From an uncultured virus (IMG/VR IMGVR_UViG_3300050821_007680) (taxonomy: Duplodnaviria > Heunggongvirae > Uroviricota > Caudoviricetes), in the IMG/VR virus record IMGVR_UViG_3300050821_007680: DNA of 64,000 nt; one strand, given 5' to 3'. Positions within the stretch are counted from its first letter, which is position 1; the number at the start of each line of letters is the position of its first letter. The translations under genes and the position numbers were made by a program. Positions 1 to 7,998 of the stretch are shown piece by piece. A model generated the notes under the pieces. That model searched no databases. It saw nothing but the letters and a program-made list of their open reading frames with translations, and had not been told where the DNA came from.

Positions 1-320
1 ATATTTTGTTTAGAGCTGCAAGAGCTGCAAGAGCGGCAATCGATGCAATCGCGGCAACCGATGCAATCGCGGCAAGAGCTGCAATAGCTGCAAGAGCTGC
101 AATCGCTGCAATCGCTGCAAGAGCGGCAAGAGCGGCAATCGCTGCAATCGATGCAATCGCGGCAACCGATGCAATCGCGGCAATTCCAACAACCTTTATT
201 GGTTGAATTATCACTTTTAAATTTTTTGTTTTCTTTGGCGAAATCGGGGGATACACCATTTTCGTCTTTATCCTCACGGGATAAGAACTCCAAATAGGAG
301 TTGTAGATTTTTGTTTTCAT
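1..320 (-). CDS. Cys-rich (Cxx)20 repeat protein, partial (runs off the left edge; absent from the ORF track)
   Basis: Manual translation from ATG at 320: MKTKIYNSYLEFLSREDKDENGVSPDFAKENKKFKSDNSTNKG-CWN-CRD-CIG-CRD-CID-CSD-CRS...CSS-KQN with no stop. Confidence 0.85.
   Translation of the reverse strand, partial: MKTKIYNSYLEFLSREDKDENGVSPDFAKENKKFKSDNSTNKGCWNCRDCIGCRDCIDCSDCRSCRSCSDCSDCSSCSYCSSCRDCIGCRDCIDCRSCSSCSSKQN
12..191 (-). repeat. Degenerate 9-bp tandem repeat, 20 copies (TGC NNN NNN on the minus strand)
   Basis: gcaatcgcg / gcaagagct / gcaatcgct units; every third minus-strand codon is Cys. Confidence 0.95.
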
Positions 321-408
321 GTTGGGAATTTTACGCGTTGAACTATTACAACGATGCAAGATAATCAATAATTTTAAATTATCAAACATTTTTTCCTATC
401 TTTATCCT

Positions 409-501
409 ATGCAACTAAAAGACCCGACATGGTGGCTGATAGGCTTATTCCTGTTTGGAGCGGCGGTGATGTTGGGGGTGGCTATAATTATGAGTAAATG
501 A
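409..501 (+). CDS. 30-aa single-TM peptide
   Basis: MQLKDPTWWLIGLFLFGAAVMLGVAIIMSK; preceded by TATCTTTA; ATGA-type overlap with the next ORF. Confidence 0.55.
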   Translation: MQLKDPTWWLIGLFLFGAAVMLGVAIIMSK

Positions 502-692
502 TACAAGTATTTTACTACATCAGAAACCAACTGAATGATGTTATCGACATCTTTTTTGGCGACGATATGCCCGTAATGAGCAAATCGGCACAAAGTATTT
601 TTGCCGTTAAGGAGGATAGGGAAAAATATGTCCAAGCGGTTGAAAATATTAAATTTGGCGGCGAAGAAACCATAACCCTGGCGAACAAATAA
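498..692 (+). CDS. hypothetical protein
   Basis: ORF coupled to the upstream peptide. Confidence 0.55.
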   Translation: MIQVFYYIRNQLNDVIDIFFGDDMPVMSKSAQSIFAVKEDREKYVQAVENIKFGGEETITLANK

Positions 693-702
693 CTCTAATG
701 CG

Positions 703-789
703 ATGAAGTTAATTCAAAAACATTTCTGGTGGGCGATATGGGTGATAATGGGAACAGTAGCAATGATTATGAATTATGGCAAATTTTAA
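703..789 (+). CDS. 28-aa single-TM peptide overlapping the endolysin start
   Basis: Manual translation MKLIQKHFWWAIWVIMGTVAMIMNYGKF. Confidence 0.45.
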   Translation: MKLIQKHFWWAIWVIMGTVAMIMNYGKF

Positions 790-1429
790 CGAAGCACTAC
801 ATTTAACGGCAATCAATGAAGGGGGTTATTCAAACTCCAAAGATGACCACGGCGGGGAAACCTACGCAGGAATTGCCCGGAAGTTTTGGCCCAACTGGCA
901 AGGATGGTCACATATTGACCTTATAAAAAAAGACTATGGCACGTCAAATATAAACATGCATGCTAAAAAGGATGTTGTTTTACAATCCCTTGTTCAGCAA
1001 TTTTACAAACAAAACTTTTGGGATGTAAACAAGCTCGATCAAGTTAATAACCAGCAATTGGCCGATAGTATTTATGACTTTGGTGTTAATAGTGGCGTTG
1101 AGAGGGCAGCCGATTTCTTGCAACAAGCTGCTGGTGTAAAACAGGATGGTAATATTGGTGCCAAAACATTAGAGGCTGTAAATTCAGCAAACCCAGAAAC
1201 GCTATATAATGCCTATAATGAATTGCGCAAATTGTTCTACAATAGAATTGCAATTGGCAATCAACATCAATTTTTAGATAGCTGGCTTAGCCGGTTAAAA
1301 CCGTATGTTGCTATGCTTTTGATTGCGCTATCGTTGTGTGCCTGTCATGCAAGGGGGAAGATCGCCAATAGAGATACCGTGAGGGATACATTATCGTTTG
1401 ATACGCTTCATTCTAAGATACCTGGATAA
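776..1429 (+). CDS. Endolysin, glycoside hydrolase family 108 plus peptidoglycan-binding domain, with a C-terminal lipoprotein-like tail
   Basis: EGGYSN..DHGGETYAGI, YDFGVNSG, DGNIGAKTL and WLSR motifs. Confidence 0.93.
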   Translation: MANFNEALHLTAINEGGYSNSKDDHGGETYAGIARKFWPNWQGWSHIDLIKKDYGTSNINMHAKKDVVLQSLVQQFYKQNFWDVNKLDQVNNQQLADSIYDFGVNSGVERAADFLQQAAGVKQDGNIGAKTLEAVNSANPETLYNAYNELRKLFYNRIAIGNQHQFLDSWLSRLKPYVAMLLIALSLCACHARGKIANRDTVRDTLSFDTLHSKIPG

Positions 1430-1432
1430 GAT

Positions 1433-1693
1433 ATGAAAAATTGGGAACTATGCCCTAAATGCAATGGTGAAGGAACAATAACCTTTTTGGGAATTGGCTA
1501 TTTAAATTGCAAATGCGATGTTTGTAATGGTCAAAAGATTATCAATTCGCTTACTGGCAAACCGCCGAAAGCAACAATACCTTCCAATGCCAAACAATGT
1601 TGCGGACGTTGTATTGACGGGCTTGATGAATGTATACATGACCGAAAACAAGCAGAACGAGCGATAGACAATGCAATAAAAAGCCCCGCGTGA
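1433..1693 (+). CDS. Small DnaJ-like zinc-finger protein
   Basis: CPKCNGEG and CDVCNG plus further Cys residues. Confidence 0.65.
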   Translation: MKNWELCPKCNGEGTITFLGIGYLNCKCDVCNGQKIINSLTGKPPKATIPSNAKQCCGRCIDGLDECIHDRKQAERAIDNAIKSPA

Positions 1694-1703
1694 TGCAGGG
1701 CTT
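1678..1703. terminator. Hairpin terminator between convergent genes
   Basis: AAGCCC...GGGCTT with a preceding A-run. Confidence 0.55.
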
Positions 1704-1748
1704 AGTAAAATAACCGTCAAAATTAACTACCACGTTGAAGTTGAGCGG

Positions 1749-2351
1749 TTAGATATCATTTAATATGCTTTGACCCAATAGTGGATGCACACAGTTTCTT
1801 AAAATTTGAACCGGGCAATGATTTTTTCCATAGTATATATTTTCGTCATAATGAATATCCAACCAATTCATCATCTTTTGTTTTCCCCTTAAATTAGCAA
1901 GATTTATAAAGTCGGTTGGCTGCTTAATTTCAAGCGGCGTTATTTCAAAATTACTCCAAAATAAATGTCTGCCTATTTTAATCGGGTTAAATGGTGCATC
2001 ATAATAAGGGATTACATTTTCCACGACGAATTTGCCCTTAAACCAATGCTTTAAAAATAAAATCTCTTCAAATAGCCTACCGTCTACAAATCGTATTGTA
2101 TTATGCCTGGTAAACTTATTCATTTTAGAATGTGTTTGACATGGTGGAGATGACCAAATAAAATCAAATTCACTATAATGGTCTAAAAGATATTGGTGCG
2201 CATCTGCTATTAAAGTGATTTGATTTGGCTTTCGTTTTTTTAATACTCCGGCTATTTTTTCGTCTAATTCAATATTGGTAATTTGATGAGCATTGTCATC
2301 CCATAGATTAGAATTACCGCCAAGCCCCGCGTATAGATTTAGAATATTCAT
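1749..2351 (-). CDS. DNA cytosine-5 methyltransferase (short phage type)
   Basis: LYAGLGG (motif I), SPPCQ (motif IV), ENV (motif VI). Confidence 0.88.
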   Translation of the reverse strand: MNILNLYAGLGGNSNLWDDNAHQITNIELDEKIAGVLKKRKPNQITLIADAHQYLLDHYSEFDFIWSSPPCQTHSKMNKFTRHNTIRFVDGRLFEEILFLKHWFKGKFVVENVIPYYDAPFNPIKIGRHLFWSNFEITPLEIKQPTDFINLANLRGKQKMMNWLDIHYDENIYYGKNHCPVQILRNCVHPLLGQSILNDI

Positions 2352-2418
2352 TTTTTGTGGTAGTTAATTCATTGCAATATACAAATAAAAAATTATATAT
2401 TTGATAGAAAAAGAAGAA

Positions 2419-2706
2419 ATGGCAGAAACAGTAGACCAGCCGATTGTCACCCAGCAAAATGTAATTGCCAAAGAAAGCAACACAAAAACTGTTGTTGGCT
2501 TCAATTCATTAACACTTCCCACACCCGATTCAGTAAAAGCTGTTTTCAAAATGATAGCTTTTTTTGTCGGGCTCGTGGCATTGGGCGCAACCAGTTTCCG
2601 GGAAATTCCAGAATCGGTACAAAAACAAATTCTTGAATATACCGTGTTTATCGGGCTATGCTTGCAAAAGGCAGAGGATTTTTGGGGGATTAAGATAACT
2701 TCGTAA
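2419..2706 (+). CDS. Membrane protein, holin candidate
   Basis: Hydrophobic segments IAFFVGLVALGA and YTVFIGLCL; near the endolysin; TATATTTG promoter upstream. Confidence 0.5.
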   Translation: MAETVDQPIVTQQNVIAKESNTKTVVGFNSLTLPTPDSVKAVFKMIAFFVGLVALGATSFREIPESVQKQILEYTVFIGLCLQKAEDFWGIKITS

Positions 2707-2707
2707 C

Positions 2708-3352
2708 ATGAAAACAATAAAACTAACACCTATCACAAAACCAGAAATACAGGCACGGCGATGCCCGGCATATAGGTATTTATTTCCGTTGTTGCTGCTG
2801 GCATGGGGGTATAGCCCATCATTTGGGCAGACAATTAAGCATCACGATTATACAACATATTATGATGTTAAAATCAAACAGCCCGATAGCGTCAAATGGT
2901 TATTAACACCAGCCATGCTAAATTGTACAACCCATTTAGCACGGACAAATAAGTTTACAGCCGATCCGTTAATTGCAAATACAAATTTCAATTCTGATTA
3001 TGCAAAATCAGGATACGACCAGGGCCACCAGTTCCCGGCACAAGATGCAAGTTGCAACACCACTGATGAAACGGAATGTTTCTATTTTTCAAATATGGTT
3101 CCACAACGGCCAAACCTAAACCGTATAACTTGGAAGGCATTAGAGATATATACCCGTAAAATAGCGTCCAAGCAACCCGTAGCCGTCACGTGCGGCGTCA
3201 TTGGATCATTGGGTACAATTGGTAAGGATAAAATAAACATCCCTGCTAAGTGCTTTAAAAGGCTTGTGTACGGTAAAACGGTCGAGTATTATGTTATGCC
3301 TAATCAGGATAGCGTGAAATTGCATCCCTTTACTTATTATAAGAGGAAATAA
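2708..3352 (+). CDS. DNA/RNA non-specific endonuclease (NucA/EndA His-Me finger) with a signal peptide
   Basis: SGYDQGH, FSNMVPQ..NLNR..W..LE, IPAKCFK; LLLLAWGYSPSFG|QT signal. Confidence 0.9.
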   Translation: MKTIKLTPITKPEIQARRCPAYRYLFPLLLLAWGYSPSFGQTIKHHDYTTYYDVKIKQPDSVKWLLTPAMLNCTTHLARTNKFTADPLIANTNFNSDYAKSGYDQGHQFPAQDASCNTTDETECFYFSNMVPQRPNLNRITWKALEIYTRKIASKQPVAVTCGVIGSLGTIGKDKINIPAKCFKRLVYGKTVEYYVMPNQDSVKLHPFTYYKRK

Positions 3353-3384
3353 AAAATGGGCTCTCCATCGCGGATTGCCCATTT
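3351..3384. terminator. Hairpin terminator with the U-tail on the minus strand
   Basis: AAATGGGC...GCCCATTT inverted repeat preceded by an A-run. Confidence 0.7.
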
Positions 3385-3422
3385 AACCTAATAAACCTTA
3401 ATTATGAGAGGCGAGAACCTCG

Positions 3423-3513
3423 TGAATGATGAACGATTCGAACATTCATTATAGCTCACCGCTTATGAATTACAGGAGCACATGCACAGCGTCTACCATT
3501 CCGCCAATCATTC
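3423..3513 (-). ncRNA. tRNA-like RNA with intact acceptor, D and T arms and a non-canonical anticodon region
   Basis: GAATGAT TG GCG-GAATGGTAGA-CGC [41 nt] GAATG-TTCGAAT-CGTTC ATCATTC A. Confidence 0.7.
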
Positions 3514-3555
3514 AATTTTTGTTGTCAATCCTTTACAGCGATTGGCGTTTCTGTC

Positions 3556-3849
3556 TTATAATTGTAAGCGGTCGATTTCAGCGGCAATTAAAGCACCGGC
3601 TATAATAAGGCGTTCTTTATATGGCTTGCGAAATATTTTATCAATATCTTCCGTTGGCCAACTTTCGGGATAAACATTTGGGTCTATCCCTTCTTCGTGT
3701 TCGATAGCTAATGCCATTTCAGCAACAAATGAAAGTTCTTTTGCTTCGTAATATTCAGGATTATTCTTATACCATTGAGCATCATAACCATGTTTTTCAA
3801 TTTGTTCTCTTCGCTCATCGGCGATTAATTCAATTCCTGTTTTTTTCAT
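3556..3849 (-). CDS. Conserved small phage hypothetical protein
   Basis: IELIADERREQ...LIIAGALIAAEIDRL pattern common in phages. Confidence 0.8.
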   Translation of the reverse strand: MKKTGIELIADERREQIEKHGYDAQWYKNNPEYYEAKELSFVAEMALAIEHEEGIDPNVYPESWPTEDIDKIFRKPYKERLIIAGALIAAEIDRLQL

Positions 3850-3960
3850 TTTTTTTCAATTAACCCCCGGCAGCTTATCAGGCTGGCCGGGGATGTGTTG
3901 CCTTATTATCCAGTTGGCTTCTGATTATGGCTGATTGCAAGCATCGTTTGCCATGTATTT

Positions 3961-4446
3961 TTACTTCTTTATAAAATGCTGATAAGCAAACTCAATCACT
4001 CCCAGCGATAACGACACCCAATTTAAACTACCGCCCGATAAATAAGATGCGGCAAATTGCGCCCCGGTTTGCCATAAGGAGTTCCATTCATTATCTGTTA
4101 CCCCATCCTGTACTTTGTTGGCGATACTATCCAAGTAGTCCTGTATTTTACCCGTTTTAATCCCGCTTGCTTCTGCAATGGCCAATATGGCAGCCGATGC
4201 AATGTCGGGTGAAACGCCTACTTTTGAGGCAACCAGGTTTACGACCGCCGTTTCACCCTGTGCATAACTGCTTTTAAGAATTTGAGAAATGTTTACGCCT
4301 TTTACAATTGCGTCCTGTTGATCGGCGGGTAGTGATTGATACCCTTTTTTGGCCCCGTTTAATAGGTTGGTAATAATTGAGCCGATGCTTGCTAACAAAC
4401 GCCCTAAGACTGTTTTGTGTACTGCTGGTGATACTGCTGTTGTCAT
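3961..4446 (-). CDS. hypothetical protein
   Basis: 161-aa ORF with an A-rich initiation region. Confidence 0.75.
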   Translation of the reverse strand: MTTAVSPAVHKTVLGRLLASIGSIITNLLNGAKKGYQSLPADQQDAIVKGVNISQILKSSYAQGETAVVNLVASKVGVSPDIASAAILAIAEASGIKTGKIQDYLDSIANKVQDGVTDNEWNSLWQTGAQFAASYLSGGSLNWVSLSLGVIEFAYQHFIKK

Positions 4447-4813
4447 TTTTTTTTGTTTTTAAGTGTATGTAAAGTTATGAATATTGTTGCAATACTTTGA
4501 ATGGACGAGCCTGCATACCAAATTGATTTATTTTTATCGGCCCAAAAAACTCATTGCCTTTTAGATATGCCCTTAGCATCTTTTGATTATAGCTACATTA
4601 CGCCTTAGATGCTTGCGTAGGATTGCCTTTTTTGTCATAAACAATAGGCACATCAAGTTTGCCTAAAAATCTGCGCCCCGGTGGTTGATAAGTTGCTTTG
4701 CTCATTTTGTTTTTATGGTTAAAAGTAGTTATTTATTAGTTATTATTGGTTTAGTTATTTGTGTTCTTTTCGTGAAGCCATTTATTAACTAATACCCAAA
4801 TTGTTAAATAATA

Positions 4814-5011
4814 TCACGACTTTGTATCTTCTCCAAAACAAGCATCCGTCACGCTTGCGATAGCGATGCAGGACACTTGCAAATCATGTGTTAAATTATA
4901 TGCCCGGATATAATCTTCCCGGTGCAGGGCTTCGATTATGGCTTCGGCGTTTGTGAATGCCACGTCCTTGGCGGTCTTTAATCCAGCCCTTATGTTTTCT
5001 TCGCTTCTCAC
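4814..5011 (-). CDS. hypothetical protein
   Basis: Overlap-coupled to the upstream ORF. Confidence 0.6.
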   Translation of the reverse strand: MRSEENIRAGLKTAKDVAFTNAEAIIEALHREDYIRAYNLTHDLQVSCIAIASVTDACFGEDTKS

Positions 5012-5301
5012 GGCTTCCCACCTTTCTTTTTATTCACCGTATCAATAACCATCTGCAAGGCAACTTTGTGGTCTATCGCAGACCAGGTATCATTAAACCG
5101 TTGCAAAAACGGATGAACAAAGGCGGACGGCGCATTTGAAGTATTTGCGGTTAACATAATTAAGCTGTCAACCTTTCGTGCAAAATCGATGTACTCTTTA
5201 TCAGATAGTTCGATACTGATCTTTGCGGGTAGTCGTCTTGTTTGCGCCGACACACCCATTGCGCCAATTAATAATAGAGTGGTTATAATTTGTTTTTTCA
5301 T
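5008..5301 (-). CDS. Exported protein (Sec signal, cleavage before Gln)
   Basis: MKKQIITTLLLIGAMGVSA|QT. Confidence 0.75.
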   Translation of the reverse strand: MKKQIITTLLLIGAMGVSAQTRRLPAKISIELSDKEYIDFARKVDSLIMLTANTSNAPSAFVHPFLQRFNDTWSAIDHKVALQMVIDTVNKKKGGKP

Positions 5302-5307
5302 TTTGAG

Positions 5308-5649
5308 TTATTTTTTAATCCAGTAATAGTTCTTGTTACCCCACGTGTTAGCATAGATAAATTTACCGTTCTTATACAGCTTAGAAATATGTCGATTGTA
5401 AGAAAAAACAACAATATAAGGGTAGTTTGAATACCATTTACCATGATAATTATTTACCCAGACGCGATATTTAATACCGTCAATAGTCGGTTCAATAAGG
5501 TAATCATATCTGCATACTCTCCATCCAGAATCATTTAGTGCTGTAATTTTAGTTTGGAGCGCCGTATTCTTAATGGATATTGTGGTTTGCGCCTTCGCGC
5601 TACACGCCAAAGCTACTAAGGCGAGGGAGAGGAGGAGAGTTATTTTCAT
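5308..5649 (-). CDS. Exported protein (Sec signal, cleavage before Gln)
   Basis: MKITLLLSLALVALACSAKA|QT. Confidence 0.7.
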   Translation of the reverse strand: MKITLLLSLALVALACSAKAQTTISIKNTALQTKITALNDSGWRVCRYDYLIEPTIDGIKYRVWVNNYHGKWYSNYPYIVVFSYNRHISKLYKNGKFIYANTWGNKNYYWIKK

Positions 5650-5894
5650 TTTAAAATTGCGTGTTTTCCTAAATCAGATAATATAAATGTGGTTTTTGTT
5701 TCATCATTCAGGGATTGTTCAATCAACCCTTTATTAAGCAATGCTAAATGAGTTGTATAAGCCATTTTCATATCGTCACGAAAATAAAACGTATATGACT
5801 GCCTGTCTAATGTGATTAGCCACCGTGAATTTAACCGCATAGCCATTATTATTGATTTTTGAGCCGATGTGACTTTTATTATCGATTCTTTCAT
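5646..5894 (-). CDS. hypothetical protein, possible winged helix
   Basis: LLNKGLIE...FILSDLGK; coupled overlap. Confidence 0.6.
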   Translation of the reverse strand: MKESIIKVTSAQKSIIMAMRLNSRWLITLDRQSYTFYFRDDMKMAYTTHLALLNKGLIEQSLNDETKTTFILSDLGKHAILK

Positions 5895-5900
5895 TTTTCC

Positions 5901-6239
5901 TTATAGGTTAATTTGTAACTCGGTGTTGGTGAGGGCGAAATATAAGTTTTGTAGCTGATGAACGTATTTGTAATTATTTAACATAATTAAAGGCAATTCA
6001 CCTCCAGTTATATAAATTGTCGAATTATTATCGACCAACCTTATTTTTACTCGAATATCCCACCAAAAGTTATCTTCCTTTTCAAATCCCGCCTTCAACA
6101 AAATCTCTTCCGAAAGGGGAATAGGTGAATAACCGCTATCTCCCTTATCTATTCGATGTAATATATCAATATTTACCCGGACAAAATAGCCTATACGGCC
6201 ATATACCCGATTCCCGAGCCTGATTTCATTGCTTGTCAT
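5901..6239 (-). CDS. Conserved Bacteroidota-phage hypothetical protein
   Basis: EIRLGN...PIPLSEEILLKAGF...VHQLQNLYFALT; start moved to MTSNE. Confidence 0.8.
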   Translation of the reverse strand: MTSNEIRLGNRVYGRIGYFVRVNIDILHRIDKGDSGYSPIPLSEEILLKAGFEKEDNFWWDIRVKIRLVDNNSTIYITGGELPLIMLNNYKYVHQLQNLYFALTNTELQINL

Positions 6240-6252
6240 GGTTGGTTGGTGG

Positions 6253-6450
6253 TTAGGCGGTGCGTTTAACAATGATAGTACCATCCTCAAACTCGGTAAT
6301 GGTACATTCAATTTCATTTTTCTTTTTGTACATATAATAGGCTGCGGTAACATTCTTCTTTACCTTGCCAGATAATGAAAATGATGCACCAACCCTGTCA
6401 AGGTGTTTAAAGGGGTATTCGGTATTTTTACGAAGTTTTAGTTTTGCCAT
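6253..6450 (-). CDS. Small basic protein, probably DNA-binding
   Basis: YPFKHL..VGASF...IIVKRTA. Confidence 0.65.
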   Translation of the reverse strand: MAKLKLRKNTEYPFKHLDRVGASFSLSGKVKKNVTAAYYMYKKKNEIECTITEFEDGTIIVKRTA

Positions 6451-6452
6451 AA

Positions 6453-6983
6453 TTAGTAAATTACTAAGCCAGAAGCTATGTCATATAATGCACGGTCACC
6501 AAGTGTCATTCCAAATAATACCCGTTGTTTTTCAGCGAGATAAACTTTGGCAAATCCAGGATCATACTGAACAATACTTTTTGTGTTATCAATAAAATCG
6601 CAATATTTTATAGTTTGCGAGTTTTTGGATATAGTCCATAACCGTTCTGCCTCTAATTCCTTACGCATTGCCCGGTTTAAATGTGGGTATGCTTCATGAG
6701 TATAAACATCGGTTAATTCAATTACGCCATTTACTATTGACCTATTTGCATCGGCAGAATATCCAAATATTGCTAAAGCGTCCATAAGTTCAAAATCTGT
6801 ACAATCGGTATCTTCAAGCAAATCATGACATAGTCCGATTTCATACCCATGTATAGCCGCATTTTCCGTCATTTTAGCAACGGCAAGCAAGTGTTGAAAA
6901 TATGGCTCACCTGTATATTTACGCTTTTGTTCAAAATGCTTTAACGTTATAAAGCAATAAAGGTGTTGTTGTGGTGTTGGCAT
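6453..6983 (-). CDS. HD-domain hydrolase of the RelA/SpoT (small alarmone hydrolase/Mesh1-like) type
   Basis: H..QKRKYTGEPYFQH, HDLLEDT, IK.CD..DN. Confidence 0.85.
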   Translation of the reverse strand: MPTPQQHLYCFITLKHFEQKRKYTGEPYFQHLLAVAKMTENAAIHGYEIGLCHDLLEDTDCTDFELMDALAIFGYSADANRSIVNGVIELTDVYTHEAYPHLNRAMRKELEAERLWTISKNSQTIKYCDFIDNTKSIVQYDPGFAKVYLAEKQRVLFGMTLGDRALYDIASGLVIY

Positions 6984-7206
6984 AATTTAATTTTTAATCC
7001 CCTGATACCTCTTGCTAAATTGCATTGTGGGCGTGGTCTTTTTGGACGCCCCGTCTATTGTATCATGCCTGCGAGTGGCGCAACCTTGGGGTAATTAGCC
7101 CCGTGCGCCGTCTTTTGCCGTACTAATCACATCCTATTATATTACACGTCTATAATTTTTATTGATGCGTCTTCAAACAAACGAATTGCTATTCTCACTC
7201 GCCTTG

Positions 7207-7238
7207 CAAATTTACAAACTATATATTTATAAAACAAG
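7207..7238 (-). promoter_or_regulatory. Bacteroidota primary-sigma promoter, leftward
   Basis: CTTG-N20-TAAATTTG on the minus strand. Confidence 0.65.
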
Positions 7239-7305
7239 TACTAAATTAAAATAAACCGTTCGGGTAACCTATTATCATAAATTTACTAAATTGTTATTAA
7301 ATAAA

Positions 7306-7337
7306 TTTGCAATTACCAAAACAATGAATTACTTTTG
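7306..7337 (+). promoter_or_regulatory. Bacteroidota primary-sigma promoter, rightward
   Basis: TTTG-N20-TACTTTTG, an exact -33/-7 consensus. Confidence 0.8.
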
Positions 7338-7362
7338 AGATGTCAAAACAAAATTGCAAATT

Positions 7363-7593
7363 ATGAAAACTTTAAACATTACAGAAAAACAATTAAAGGC
7401 TGGTGAAATCTTTGAGATTGAAACCATTGATAAGGACGATATTCGCATAGCCGAATTGTCTTTTTCAGAAAAAACTAACAATTTTATAATTTGGTTTAAC
7501 GGCCAGCTTATACATTGTAGCAAGGGTTTTAAGCGCATGATAAACCGATTGGAATTGTTGGATAAAAAATTCCCATTAGATACCACCGCATAG
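7363..7593 (+). CDS. hypothetical protein
   Basis: First ORF after the rightward promoter. Confidence 0.7.
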   Translation: MKTLNITEKQLKAGEIFEIETIDKDDIRIAELSFSEKTNNFIIWFNGQLIHCSKGFKRMINRLELLDKKFPLDTTA

Positions 7594-7595
7594 GT

Positions 7596-7654
7596 TTACT
7601 GCAATTATCCTATTGCGGTAACAGCCCGACACCATAACACGGTTCGGGCTTTGT
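7596..7654 (+). terminator. Tandem hairpins, the second terminator-like
   Basis: TTACTGCAAT/ATTGCGGTAA and AGCCCGA...TCGGGCT-TTGT. Confidence 0.55.
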
Positions 7655-7827
7655 GGGTGCTAAACAATTGCAAAAATCATGAACGAACTAACAAAACCCA
7701 AAAAGCAACGGTCGGTAACAGTTATCGCGCCGAAACAAATCACACCAAGCCGCGGCGTACTTGCTGGCTGGAATGGAACCGTTGCCGGGCTGAATGCGCT
7801 GGCGGCTTCGCTGGAAAGGTCAAAGCA

Positions 7828-7998
7828 ATGACTATCACCGACAAAGACAAGCTTGCCTCTTACCTAATCATGAGAGCCGGGCTAATGCAGGACTTTGCAA
7901 TCGAGGCTATGGACTTGAAAATGTTTTTTAAGTACCACAGAATTGCATTATATCTGATAGGGCGTAGAATTAATTTTACAAAGACATGGACAAACTAA
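7828..7998 (+). CDS. hypothetical protein
   Basis: Start moved to MTITDK. Confidence 0.5.
   Translation: MTITDKDKLASYLIMRAGLMQDFAIEAMDLKMFFKYHRIALYLIGRRINFTKTWTN

Noticed and set aside
6..206. Ala-rich (+) and Leu-rich (-) ORFs in the track
   Set aside because: Shadow frames of the 9-bp repeat; the Cys-repeat frame has a proper ATG and a non-repetitive N-terminus
7596..7650. Tandem hairpins as a further kissing-loop element
   Set aside because: Loop complementarity is only 3-4 A-U pairs
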